Positions 53,056 to 62,849 of a stretch of DNA of 64,000 nt are shown here, one piece after another; position 1 is the first letter of the stretch, and each line of letters opens with the position of its first letter. This stretch comes from a virus (Duplodnaviria > Heunggongvirae > Uroviricota > Caudoviricetes). Under the pieces are notes generated by a model. It was given only the letters and a program-made list of their open reading frames with translations. It was not told the DNA's origin and searched no databases. A program made the translations under genes and the position numbers. The stretch is taken from positions 60,236 through 124,235 of IMG/VR virus record IMGVR_UViG_3300045007_000064; one strand, 5' to 3'.

Positions 53056-53126
53056 TCAAGCTGGGGAGAATCGAACTCCCACCTCAAGGTCCCAAACCCC
53101 GTGCGCTACCATTACGCTACAGCCTG
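53056..53126 (-). tRNA. tRNA-Pro (anticodon TGG)
   Basis: D-stem GCGT / GCGC, anticodon loop TTTGGGA, T-arm GGGAG-TTCGATT-CTCCC. Confidence 0.5.
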
Positions 53127-53377
53127 ATGATTTCCTCTATTGTCTTGTCAGTGTTCTTGCCCGTGCTCGCTACCGAATCTCTCCGGCTCCTGAGCGGGAC
53201 TACCCATCTAAACAGAAGACCCCCACTTTGTCAAGTGAGGGTCGTGAAGACGGTTTTTACGCGCGTTCGACCCCTACCTAGGCTCTAGGTGGAAATCGAG
53301 TTCATAAGTACGCATGCGTCTATGGTAGCACACTTCCAGAGGGGTGTCAAAACGGATTTCGGGTGTAGAATGGACGC

Positions 53378-53641
53378 ATGGATGACAAGCCCGAACTCCC
53401 CACGCTCCGCACGGAGATTTCCTTCCTCCGCGAGATTGCGCTGGAGGGCCGTGAACTCCTGGACGAGCTACTCGATGTAGGCTTCTCCGACAAGCAGGCG
53501 ACCTTCGTAGTTGCGCAGATGATTGTTGATGCGGTAAACTCTCGGGACGAGGATGCCTACTCCATCGAGTTTGTCTCCTCGTATGAAGAAGACGAAGACG
53601 ATGATGATGAGGACTACTATGGCGACGGATACCCAGGTTAA
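53378..53641 (+). CDS. hypothetical acidic protein
   Basis: A TAGAAT box 6 nt upstream suggests a leaderless transcript; the C-terminus is rich in Asp and Glu. Confidence 0.45.
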   Translation: MDDKPELPTLRTEISFLREIALEGRELLDELLDVGFSDKQATFVVAQMIVDAVNSRDEDAYSIEFVSSYEEDEDDDDEDYYGDGYPG

Positions 53642-55490
53642 TGAAGGACTAGGGTCACCAAACCTCCATCTTGTCGATAGTGTAGCCGAAGCGCAGAACT
53701 TTCTGAGCTGGCTTGGCGAGCGCCGTCCCCACGACGCTGTAGCTATCGACTTGGAGACCGGCGAGCACAAGGGCCGGGACAAGTCCGGGGCACTTTCGCC
53801 CTGGCACGGACGCATCCGTCTGGCACAGGTTGGTGACGGACAGACGGGTTGGGCCATTCCGTGGGAGATGTGGTCTGGAGTCTTCTATGAAGGCATGAAC
53901 AACTATCAGGGTCCGGTTATCGCGCACAACATCGCGTTCGAGTCGAAGTGGCTCGCGGTCAACTCGGACTACAAGCTGCCGTGGGATCGCGCGCACGACA
54001 CGATGATCATGAGCCAGGTCTTCCAGCCCGCGTCCCCGACGCACGCGCTGAAGTCTTTGACGGATATCTACATCGATCCGCGAGCTTCCGCGCTCCAGGG
54101 CTTCCTCGACCAGACCATGGTCAAGAACGGCTGGACCTGGGGCACCATCCCGGTGAACTTCCCGATCTACTGGCAGTATGGCGCGCTCGACACCGTGATC
54201 ACGGCTCGTCTTTTCACTGAGCATTTCTACCAGCACGTCAAGCCGGGTACGCAGCTCAACCGCGCGTACGAGCTTGAGATGTCCAACCGCCGTATTTGCA
54301 CGCAGATGGAAATCAACGGCGCTCGCGTGGACCTGGAGTACTCTGCTCAGAAGTTCCAGCAGCTTATGGACTACGAGGAGCAGGCGAAGACCATGGCCAT
54401 GCAGCGCTATGGCTACAACATCGGCTCCCCGTCCCAGCTTGCGCAGGCGGTCCTCTCCCTCGGTGGTGAGATTGTCAAGCAGACAAAGGGCGGCTCTCCT
54501 TCCATGGACAAGGAGGCGATGGACATCTACATGCGTGACGGCAACAAGGACGTACGCGAACTGGCTGAGCTGGTGAACAACGTCCGCAAGGCACGCAAGC
54601 TCGCGATGAGCTACTTCCACAACTTCCAGAAGGACGCTGTGGATGGATTCCTTCACCCTGAAATCCGTACGCTCGAAGCTCGTACCGGTCGTATGTCGAT
54701 CACGAACCCGGCGCTCCAGACGCTGCCCTCGGGCGATCCTCTGGTGCGTCACGCCTTCCTCCCGCGTAACGAGAACGAGCGCATCGTCTCGTCCGACCTC
54801 GACCAGGTGGAGTTCCGCCTCACGGCAAACTTCTCCAAGGATCAGGCCCTCATCAACCTGTTCCTGGAGGCTGACCGCACGGGCGGTGACGTGTTCACCG
54901 AGATTATGCGCCAGGTCTACAAGGACGACTCGCTCCAGAAGTCGGACCCCCGACGCAAGCTCATCAAGGGAACCGTTTACGGAAAGCTCTATGGCGCGGG
55001 TGTCCCGAAGATGGCCCTGACCTCCAAGGTTTCGGAATCCGACATGCAGGAGGTCGTGGACGCCTTCGACCGCACCTACCCCGGTGTCAAGCAGTTCCAG
55101 AAGCGTGTTGAGCGTGAGGGACAGGAGCGCCTGGATCGTGAGGGCGTCGGATACGTTCTTACGGAAACGGGACGCCGCCTGCCCGCGGATGACGACAAGA
55201 TGTACGCACTGACCAACTACAAGATTCAGGGCACCGCTGCGGAGCTGTTCAAGCAGAACCTCATCGACCTGGATGCGGCTGGTCTCACCCAGTACATGCT
55301 CGTCCCCGTGCACGACGAAATCGTCTTCTCCATTCCGGAGGAGATGATCAAGGACGCCGCCCCGGTCATCCAGGAGTGCATGACCACTTCCAAGGGCTGG
55401 GATGTCCCCCTCACTGCTGGATGCGATTACGTGAACAGTAAGGGCGAGTACTTCCACACCTGGGGTCAGAAGTACGAAGAGGATCACTGA
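53619..55490 (+). CDS. family-A (Pol I-like) DNA polymerase with a 3'-5' exonuclease domain
   Basis: Exo I motif AIDLETGE, polymerase motif A region DYSQIELR-like, motif B KxxxYG, and C-terminal HDE. Start at the first in-frame ATG that has an AGGA upstream. Confidence 0.85.
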   Translation: MATDTQVNEGLGSPNLHLVDSVAEAQNFLSWLGERRPHDAVAIDLETGEHKGRDKSGALSPWHGRIRLAQVGDGQTGWAIPWEMWSGVFYEGMNNYQGPVIAHNIAFESKWLAVNSDYKLPWDRAHDTMIMSQVFQPASPTHALKSLTDIYIDPRASALQGFLDQTMVKNGWTWGTIPVNFPIYWQYGALDTVITARLFTEHFYQHVKPGTQLNRAYELEMSNRRICTQMEINGARVDLEYSAQKFQQLMDYEEQAKTMAMQRYGYNIGSPSQLAQAVLSLGGEIVKQTKGGSPSMDKEAMDIYMRDGNKDVRELAELVNNVRKARKLAMSYFHNFQKDAVDGFLHPEIRTLEARTGRMSITNPALQTLPSGDPLVRHAFLPRNENERIVSSDLDQVEFRLTANFSKDQALINLFLEADRTGGDVFTEIMRQVYKDDSLQKSDPRRKLIKGTVYGKLYGAGVPKMALTSKVSESDMQEVVDAFDRTYPGVKQFQKRVEREGQERLDREGVGYVLTETGRRLPADDDKMYALTNYKIQGTAAELFKQNLIDLDAAGLTQYMLVPVHDEIVFSIPEEMIKDAAPVIQECMTTSKGWDVPLTAGCDYVNSKGEYFHTWGQKYEEDH

Positions 55491-55948
55491 TGGTTGCTCG
55501 CCGGATCATCGCTATTGACCCCGGTAAGATGACAGGCCTCTCCTGCTTTTCCTTGGAGAAGGGGGGAGAGCCTGTCCTCGAATGGTCAGCAGAAGTTGAC
55601 GAGGATACCTATGCGATCCCGCTCCGAACGGAGTTCGCCAAGTACCCCCATCTGGAGGTCGTCTGTGAGCGATTCGTCATCACAGTTCAGACCGCGAAGA
55701 ATACTCAGGCCCCTTATTCGCTTGAACTTATTGGAGTGCTGAAGCAGATCGTCCGTGACCACGGTCGCCCGGTCTCTTCCATCCACTTCCAGAGTCCTAG
55801 TGACGTGATGAAGCTCTTCCCCAATCCCGCCCTCAAGAAGCTGGGCTACTGGCACAAGGGAGGCGCGGACCACGCCAACGACTCGATTCGTCATGGCCTT
55901 GCATACCTCTCCGGAAATGGTTGGATGCCAACCCGCCTTCTCGATTGA
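55490..55948 (+). CDS. RuvC-like Holliday-junction resolvase
   Basis: N-terminal IIAIDPGKMTG and a later acidic residue spaced as in RuvC-family resolvases. Confidence 0.55.
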   Translation: MVARRIIAIDPGKMTGLSCFSLEKGGEPVLEWSAEVDEDTYAIPLRTEFAKYPHLEVVCERFVITVQTAKNTQAPYSLELIGVLKQIVRDHGRPVSSIHFQSPSDVMKLFPNPALKKLGYWHKGGADHANDSIRHGLAYLSGNGWMPTRLLD

Positions 55949-56000
55949 CAGGCGTAAGGGAAACTGCTAGGCTATATACCCTAGCCAGAAGGATACATCA

Positions 56001-57944
56001 ATGCCCGTAACCGCCACCATCGAACCCGATGGCGAGTACATCTTCCTGAAGTCCGAGCCTCGGTTCTATGACGCTATCCGTGCGCTCCCGGGAGCCAACT
56101 TCAAGTCGGCTCGCCAGGGATTCCGCATGCCTCTTTCGTGGGCTACGTGCCTCATGATCAAGAACACGCTGACACACAACCTAGAACCGGATGCGGAGCT
56201 TACCGCGTGGCTTCAGAAGGAGTATGCCGAGCGAGTTTACCCCGCCATGCTCCTGCGCGATGTCACAGAGCTGGCGGAGGGGGAGGGGGACCCCGATTTG
56301 TTCCCGCACCAGCGAGCCGGTGTGAAGTTTCTCACGACCGCTCGTCGTGCCCTGCTGGCTGATGAGCCGGGTCTGGGTAAGACGGCTCAGGCTATCCGCT
56401 CGATGACGGAGCTGGTGCGACAGGGCGTGGACACACTGCCCGCGCTCGTTGTGTGCCCGAACACGCTGAAGCCAAACTGGAAGCGTGAAATCGAAAAGTG
56501 GTGGCCCGGAATACGTGTCCACATCATCGAGGGCACCCCCACCGACCGACGCAAGCAGTTCGAGAAGTTCAAGGGCAACCCTGACCGTAGCCAGTGCCCC
56601 ATCCACGGCACCGAGGAGGCAAAGGCTGAAGCTCTCAAGGCAAAGCCGAAGGGCCGAGGTAAGAAGGCCTCTACAGAGCCGGAATGCTCGTGCCCGGGTC
56701 ACGTGCTCATCATCAACTGGGAGAACCTGAAGAACCACTCGAAGCTAGAGTGGCACGGCGGTACGGCTCTCAAGAAGTGCGAGGAGCACGGCGGAGCCGA
56801 CCCCAAGATCACACCCGCACGCTGCGAGGTGCACGAGAAGGAACTCAACGGCATCACCTTCCACACGGTTATCGCGGACGAGATTCACCGAGCCAAGAAC
56901 CCGAAGTCTGCACAGACGCGCGCTCTGTGGGCTGCCACGGGCGACGCAGGCAACCGGTTTGCCCTCACAGGCACACCGCAGTCTGGAGATGTCTCAGACC
57001 TGTGGTCGATCATGCACTGGGTCAGCCCGGAAGAGTGGCCCAGCAAGTCGAAGTGGCAGGACCGCACGGTCGTGACCCAGACTAACGCTTTCGGTGGGAC
57101 CATGATTCTCGGTCTTCAGCCTGAGCGTATGCAGGAGTTCTTTGACATTCTGAACCCCCGAATGCGTCGAATGCTGAAGAAGGTTGTGCTTCCGTTCCTC
57201 CCTCCGGTCCTCAACCAGGTCCGTACGGTAGAGATGAGCGCGAAGCAGAAGACCGCCTACAAGCAGATGGAAGAGAACATGATCGCGCAGGTCGATGGTG
57301 GTCACCTCTTGGTGAAGACACCTCTGACACGCGCAAAGCGCCTCCAGCAGTTCGCCACTGCGTACGCGGAGCTTCATGAAGACGGCGTGACGGACCAGGG
57401 CGAGACCAAGTACAAGGTCAAGCTCTCCGAGCCGTCCAGCACCGCTGAGGCCATCGCAAACGACATCATCGAGGGTGACTTCGGTACGCAGTCCATCGCG
57501 GTCATGGCCGTGTCTAGCCAGCTCCTTGAGCTAATTTCTGCTAGACTTACTAAGGCAAAGGTTCCCCATGGAATGATCACCGGAGACTACTCTGTCGATG
57601 TGCGTCAGAACGCAATTGATGCATTCCAGGCGGGGCATACAAAGGTCATCCTGTACACGGCTCAGGCCGGTGGTGTGGGTGTGACCCTCACGGAAGCCAG
57701 CGTGCTTCTCCGTGCTGAAATCCCCTTCTCCTTCATCGACTACATCCAGGCGAACGACCGCGTACACCGAATCGGCTCCGAAAAGCACGAGAGCATTCTG
57801 ATCGTGGACTACTTCGTCAAGGACACGGTGCAGTACAAGGTATTCGAGGCCATCAACAGAAAGGGCCTCAACTTCGAAGAGGTCGTACGAGACCAGGACC
57901 AGCTAGCCAAGCTGCTAGCAGAGGAGCAGATCGTACCGTGGTAG
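56001..57944 (+). CDS. SNF2-family helicase
   Basis: Motif I LADEPGLGKT, motif II DEIHRAKN, and C-terminal helicase motifs. Confidence 0.8.
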   Translation: MPVTATIEPDGEYIFLKSEPRFYDAIRALPGANFKSARQGFRMPLSWATCLMIKNTLTHNLEPDAELTAWLQKEYAERVYPAMLLRDVTELAEGEGDPDLFPHQRAGVKFLTTARRALLADEPGLGKTAQAIRSMTELVRQGVDTLPALVVCPNTLKPNWKREIEKWWPGIRVHIIEGTPTDRRKQFEKFKGNPDRSQCPIHGTEEAKAEALKAKPKGRGKKASTEPECSCPGHVLIINWENLKNHSKLEWHGGTALKKCEEHGGADPKITPARCEVHEKELNGITFHTVIADEIHRAKNPKSAQTRALWAATGDAGNRFALTGTPQSGDVSDLWSIMHWVSPEEWPSKSKWQDRTVVTQTNAFGGTMILGLQPERMQEFFDILNPRMRRMLKKVVLPFLPPVLNQVRTVEMSAKQKTAYKQMEENMIAQVDGGHLLVKTPLTRAKRLQQFATAYAELHEDGVTDQGETKYKVKLSEPSSTAEAIANDIIEGDFGTQSIAVMAVSSQLLELISARLTKAKVPHGMITGDYSVDVRQNAIDAFQAGHTKVILYTAQAGGVGVTLTEASVLLRAEIPFSFIDYIQANDRVHRIGSEKHESILIVDYFVKDTVQYKVFEAINRKGLNFEEVVRDQDQLAKLLAEEQIVPW

Positions 57945-58873
57945 CACAGAATATCGGAGAACCGTACAAGGTCTCCAACTCAGAAATCCAGGCGTTCAAG
58001 GATTGCCGTCGAAAGTGGTATCTCAACTACTATCGCCACTTGATGCCCAAGAAGGTGAAGGTCTCCGGACCCCTCGCCTTGGGTACTCGCATTCACGCTG
58101 CACTGGAGGCCTTCTATAATGGTGAAGACCTCATCGCAACCTACATGGAGCTGCTGAAGCAGGACGAGATTATCGCTATCACGAATGATCTTGACGTGGA
58201 CGCGCTGCTTTCCGAGGGCGATATGGGCCGCATCATGCTGGAAGGCTACATCGAGTGGATTGAGGAAGAGGCTATCGACTCCAAGTACGAGATTATCTCG
58301 AACGAGGAGACGCTGGAAATGCCTATGCTCGATGGACGTGTTGCTCTGCGAGGTAAGATCGACATGCGTCTGCGGCGTAAGTCTGACGGTACCCGTCTCA
58401 TCCGAGACTTCAAGACCGTAGGACAGACGTTCCAGCAGTATGCCGCAACCCTGAACCTCAACGAGCAGGCGCTCACGTACATGACGCTGGACGCCTACCA
58501 CAACACCCCGGAGGACCGCGCTGACGGTGCGATCTTCACCCTGCTCAAGAAGAACAAGCAGACGGCTCGGGCCAAGGGTCCGTTCTACGGTGAGGAAGAA
58601 GTTCTCCACAACATTTTCACACTTCGGTCGTTTTGGATTAGGCTAAACGCCACCCTGTCTGATATGATGGCTGTCAAGGACGCACTAGACGACGGGGCGG
58701 CTCACCAGAGCGTGGCCTATCCTCGACCGTCTAATGACTGCACTTGGAAGTGTCCGTTCTTCTCGATCTGCGGATCGATGGACGACGGTTCACCGGTCGA
58801 AGAGATGATCGCAGACCTTTACACAGTCGGAAACCCCGACGAACGATACGACGACAAGAAGGGCAACGAGTAA
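57938..58873 (+). CDS. PD-(D/E)xK nuclease of the Cas4/RecB family
   Basis: Nuclease core with a C-terminal cysteine cluster CTWKCPFFSIC. Confidence 0.65.
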   Translation: MVAQNIGEPYKVSNSEIQAFKDCRRKWYLNYYRHLMPKKVKVSGPLALGTRIHAALEAFYNGEDLIATYMELLKQDEIIAITNDLDVDALLSEGDMGRIMLEGYIEWIEEEAIDSKYEIISNEETLEMPMLDGRVALRGKIDMRLRRKSDGTRLIRDFKTVGQTFQQYAATLNLNEQALTYMTLDAYHNTPEDRADGAIFTLLKKNKQTARAKGPFYGEEEVLHNIFTLRSFWIRLNATLSDMMAVKDALDDGAAHQSVAYPRPSNDCTWKCPFFSICGSMDDGSPVEEMIADLYTVGNPDERYDDKKGNE

Positions 58874-59640
58874 TGTCCCTCGATAGAGGCCTTACCATCC
58901 TGGTACACGGTGAAACCGGTGCAGGAAAGAGCAGCTTTGCGGTTACCTCCCCGTACCCGCGTCTGCTTCTAGACATCGAGTCGGGATACCGATTCCTCCC
59001 CATCAAGACCGTCCGATGGGACCCCTCAATTGAGGCTCCCCCTGTAGCGGACGGAAGCTGGGACACGTGTGTTGTAGTTGTCCACAACTATGACACCGTG
59101 CTGAAGGTGTACGAGTGGCTGCGCTCGGGGCAGCACCAGTTCCGCTCGCTCATCATCGACTCCATCTCGGAGCTTCAGGTCCGATTCTTCGACCAGCTTG
59201 CCGGTGACGAGCAGCTCAAGATGCAGCAGTGGGGTGAAGTTCTCCGTAAGATGGGTGGACTTCTGCGTAACATCCGCGACCTCACGACTCACCCGACTAA
59301 CCCACTTGAGGCCATTGTGCTGACCGCTATGACGCGTCAGGACAAGGACGGCGTGTTCCGACCCTATCTTCAGGGTCAGCTCGCAGTTATGGCTCCATAT
59401 TTGTTCGACATTCTGGGTGCACTTGTGGTAGAGTCTTTCCAGCACCCCGATCCTACTCAGGGCCGTTATTCCGTCCGAAGAATGTACATCGAGCGGACAC
59501 CGACCCATGAGGCCAAGGAGCGGGTACAGGGCCGTCTTGGTTCCATTGTGGAGCAGGACAACCTGAACGTCGATCAAATGCTTGACCGAATCTTCGGCCC
59601 ACGGGAAGTTCCCGCGGCGACCGCGCAGACAACTGAATAA
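58873..59640 (+). CDS. AAA_24 / RecA-like ATPase (Sak4-like recombination protein)
   Basis: Walker A VHGETGAGKS. Start taken at MSLDRG, which overlaps the upstream stop as TAATG. Confidence 0.65.
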   Translation: MSLDRGLTILVHGETGAGKSSFAVTSPYPRLLLDIESGYRFLPIKTVRWDPSIEAPPVADGSWDTCVVVVHNYDTVLKVYEWLRSGQHQFRSLIIDSISELQVRFFDQLAGDEQLKMQQWGEVLRKMGGLLRNIRDLTTHPTNPLEAIVLTAMTRQDKDGVFRPYLQGQLAVMAPYLFDILGALVVESFQHPDPTQGRYSVRRMYIERTPTHEAKERVQGRLGSIVEQDNLNVDQMLDRIFGPREVPAATAQTTE

Positions 59641-59669
59641 CCTCTAACCGAAACACAGGAGAAACACTA

Positions 59670-60395
59670 ATGACCTCAACCAACTGGATCGACCTTCTCA
59701 ACGAGGCGAAGCAGAATGGTGGCCCCCAGGACTTCGGTCCCATTCCGGCCAACGACTACCACCTGAAGGTTCTTGAGGCGGAGACCCGCCAGACCCAGGC
59801 TGGCAAGACGAAGTACACCATCAAGGCGCAGGTCCAGACCGGACCCCACGCCTCTCGACTCATCTGGGACGACCTGATCGTTTCTCCTGAGTCCGCTGGA
59901 GCCATGGGCTTCTTCTTCCGCAAGATGAAGGCTCTCGGCCTGGACGAGGCGTTCTTCGCCACGGCCCCGACCGACGACCAGATCACTTCTGCCCTGAAGG
60001 ACCGTGAGTTCCTTGGCAAGGTAATCATCGACAACTACGGCGGCAAGAGCCGTAACAAGATCGACGGTTACAAGCCGTTCACCGCTGGCGCTGGTGGTGC
60101 GTTCCCGCCGTCCCCGCAGGCCGCAGCCACCCCCGCTGCTCCGTTCCCGCAGGCTGCACCCGCTCCTGCGGCTGCTCCTGCCCCGCAGGCAGCCCCGGCT
60201 CCTCAGGCAGCACCCGCGCCTGCTCCGGCCCCGCAGCAGCCTGCACAGGCCCCGTGGGACCAGGGTGGCGCACCGGCAGCACCCGCGGCTCCGGCAGCGC
60301 CCGCTCCGGGTGGAAACCCGTGGGACCAGGGTGCCGCTCCCGCACCGGCAGCTCCGGCTCCCGGCGCACCGCAGTTCCCCCAGCCCCCGTTCTAA
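59670..60395 (+). CDS. DUF669-like ssDNA-binding protein with a Pro/Ala-rich C-terminal tail
   Basis: Sits after the AAA_24 gene as in many phages; low-complexity PAPAA repeats with WDQG motifs. Confidence 0.5.
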   Translation: MTSTNWIDLLNEAKQNGGPQDFGPIPANDYHLKVLEAETRQTQAGKTKYTIKAQVQTGPHASRLIWDDLIVSPESAGAMGFFFRKMKALGLDEAFFATAPTDDQITSALKDREFLGKVIIDNYGGKSRNKIDGYKPFTAGAGGAFPPSPQAAATPAAPFPQAAPAPAAAPAPQAAPAPQAAPAPAPAPQQPAQAPWDQGGAPAAPAAPAAPAPGGNPWDQGAAPAPAAPAPGAPQFPQPPF

Positions 60396-60463
60396 GCCCT
60401 GATATAATGACATGTGGGTCAGGTTACTACAGCCTGGCCCACATTGTCAATAGGAGATAACCC

Positions 60464-60895
60464 ATGAATGAAGACGAGCTAGACCTGAGCTGGGTCAAGG
60501 ACCAGCTAGCCAATGCTCGCGTCCATGTCTCCGTGGGGGTCGCCGTGTTGGCGCTTCTCAAGGAGTGGGCTGAACTGCAATTCCCTAACGAAGAAACCCG
60601 AGATAAGGCGCTGGAGATTTTCTCCAAGCTGGCCAAGGACGAGGCTGTCTATGTTGAAGAGGAGCACCAGTACGCTCCCGTGATGGTCGGATTCAATGTC
60701 CAGGTCGGTAACATTGTCCGAGTCCGCTCGGATGCCTTCACGGGCGAGGCGGGTCGCCTCCACAACGGGCGTATCGGTCGAGTCACCGCTAAGCGCAACG
60801 GAGACATCATCGTTACGAGCATCGACGGACGAGAGCCGAAGCTAGAAATGGCTCACTATCCGCCCTCTGCACTAGAACTCCGCATCAACAGATGA
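60464..60895 (+). CDS. hypothetical protein
   Basis: ORF. Confidence 0.5.
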   Translation: MNEDELDLSWVKDQLANARVHVSVGVAVLALLKEWAELQFPNEETRDKALEIFSKLAKDEAVYVEEEHQYAPVMVGFNVQVGNIVRVRSDAFTGEAGRLHNGRIGRVTAKRNGDIIVTSIDGREPKLEMAHYPPSALELRINR

Positions 60896-60934
60896 CTAAA
60901 AACCCCTTCGGAACAATCCGGAGGGGTTTTCAGT

Positions 60935-61324
60935 TTGCTTTATTCAGGATCGTGTACTATGATAGAACTCGCGATCTTGACCAGGAGAACAATGACACCC
61001 TCACATTACTGGGAGCAGTGGGACGGCCTAGGCTTTCCTTCCGAGAAAACTGACCCCATCGTCTACTACACGCTTGACGTTGTAGATATCGAAAACCCGG
61101 ACAATCTTGATGACCTCATTGTCACGCTGCACCAGGACGGCGTAGCTGAGTCCAAAAAGGAAGCCCGAGAAATGCTCGACACCGCCACCGTTGTGCACGG
61201 TCAGGTCCTGAAGTCCGAAGGCGAGCTTCAGTGGTATTCCGGCACCGAATACGGCTATGGAGAAGAAGTACTAGAAGCAACCGCGGACGCAACGTGGATC
61301 GAAATGGACAGCACCGATGACTAA
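60935..61324 (+). CDS. hypothetical protein
   Basis: ORF; the start position is uncertain. Confidence 0.45.
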   Translation: MLYSGSCTMIELAILTRRTMTPSHYWEQWDGLGFPSEKTDPIVYYTLDVVDIENPDNLDDLIVTLHQDGVAESKKEAREMLDTATVVHGQVLKSEGELQWYSGTEYGYGEEVLEATADATWIEMDSTDD

Positions 61325-61880
61325 GGATCGTGAGCTATTCGAGCCAGATAGTGATTGGCGATCCAAGGCTGTATGCGCTACTCCAGAGAATAAGCAGAAG
61401 TACTTCATCGAACATGACGTGTGGTTCCATCCAGACGAAGATGATCCCGCCTACGATCCTGTACAAGAGGCCCGGGACGCTGGCGTAGCGCTTGCGATGT
61501 GCTTCCAGTGCCCTGTCCGCGATCTGTGTCTCCGGGACGCCCTGGAGGACCAGAGAATTGACGGGACCCGTGGAGGACAGACGGAGCGCGGCATCCGTAA
61601 GACCCTATCCGTAGACGAGACGGGCAAGGAAGTGCGTCGTGGAGACTACCCCATCTGCCCGTTCTGCGCGGCCCCTACGTCCCGTCTGAGACCTACCACC
61701 ATCGATCTAGACGGTGGAGGCCGTTGGTCTGTCGCGAAGGCTGTCCAGTGCGAGAGCTGCGGATTCGAGTGGAAGTCCAGGAGTTCTCACAATTCCGTCA
61801 CGGCCTTCTACAAGGAGAAGCACAAGCGCGAAGAACAAGAAAGACGTGAGCAAATAGCACGAGAGCGGCTGTCGAAGTGA
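61317..61880 (+). CDS. WhiB-family transcriptional regulator with a C-terminal zinc ribbon
   Basis: Four-cysteine WhiB pattern (C...CFQCPVRDLC) plus a second cluster CPFC...CESCG. Confidence 0.7.
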   Translation: MTKDRELFEPDSDWRSKAVCATPENKQKYFIEHDVWFHPDEDDPAYDPVQEARDAGVALAMCFQCPVRDLCLRDALEDQRIDGTRGGQTERGIRKTLSVDETGKEVRRGDYPICPFCAAPTSRLRPTTIDLDGGGRWSVAKAVQCESCGFEWKSRSSHNSVTAFYKEKHKREEQERREQIARERLSK

Positions 61881-61904
61881 CAGCCGCTCTCGCGGTTTCT
61901 GGAG

Positions 61905-62804
61905 TCAGTAACTCCGCTGGTTGGTTGTGCTGACGCGCTTGTAGCTGCGGGACCACTTTCCGCAGTTGCTACACAGCAGCTTCGGGAACTCTCCGGCACC
62001 GGTCTTGGTGGTGCCGTGGGCCTTCAGGTTGGTCGAGCCGCAGTTCGGGCAGCATTCTGCCTCACCGGAATACAGGCCGTAGTTCGGGTGGCCCTTGATC
62101 CACGGGAGCAGGCGCTTGTAGAGCGGGATGAGAAGGTCCACGTCCTGAATCTGGTATTCCTTCATCTGGTCCCAGGCCTGCTGGTCACCTGCCATGCACT
62201 TCACCCACAGGGTGTGTCCTTCGTGCTGGACCTTCGCGCCGAGTCCGAGCTGCTGGGCCACATAGTCCAGCTTGTTGCTCGGGAAACGGAAATTCGCCTT
62301 CACCGTGAGCATCAGATCAAGATCGATGACCGGGGAAGGCGGATTCATACCTGCTTCCAGGAACTCGCGATTCAGGTGCTTCATATCGAAGCCCTTGGAG
62401 TTCCAGCCCATAACTGCGTCAGCCTCGTTGATAAGCTCCCACGCGCGCTGAAGCATAGCTTCCTTGCCGTCGTGATGCACGGACCGGAACTCTACCGTGT
62501 CCTCGTGGAGCCACCGCGCGCCGAAACAGATGACCTCGGCTGAGGCCATGAGCTGGTTGAGTGAAACGTTCTGCTTGAAAAGTCCCCACACGTGCGCGAT
62601 GTTTGGGCTGTTCTCCAGGTCGAGCGCCAGAATCTTCGGAGCCTTCGCGATTGGTAGAACCGGAGGGAGGCTTGATTCGAGTGCCCGCTGTCGTGCCCGC
62701 GCGTCGTTGATGGTAGACTTTCCGCATCCGAGCACCTTCGCAGCCTTACGAGATGTAAGGTGTGCGACAGAGGCCAGGTCTGCGTCTGAAATGTACTTTG
62801 CCAT
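61905..62804 (-). CDS. DEDD-family 3'-5' exonuclease (RNase H-like fold) with an N-terminal helix-turn-helix and a C-terminal zinc ribbon
   Basis: ILALDLEN (Exo I), GWNSKGFD (Exo II) and YQIQDVD (Exo III); CPNCGS...CSNCGKW. Confidence 0.65.
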   Translation of the reverse strand: MAKYISDADLASVAHLTSRKAAKVLGCGKSTINDARARQRALESSLPPVLPIAKAPKILALDLENSPNIAHVWGLFKQNVSLNQLMASAEVICFGARWLHEDTVEFRSVHHDGKEAMLQRAWELINEADAVMGWNSKGFDMKHLNREFLEAGMNPPSPVIDLDLMLTVKANFRFPSNKLDYVAQQLGLGAKVQHEGHTLWVKCMAGDQQAWDQMKEYQIQDVDLLIPLYKRLLPWIKGHPNYGLYSGEAECCPNCGSTNLKAHGTTKTGAGEFPKLLCSNCGKWSRSYKRVSTTNQRSY

Positions 62805-62849
62805 GTCGTCCTAACGGATTGGAACGGAGGCATCGTAAACCTCCAGCGC

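Noticed and set aside
52866-53288. 140-aa plus-strand ORF
   Set aside because: Lies across the tandem tRNA-array promoters, their leader and the tRNA-Pro(TGG) gene; no coding bias.
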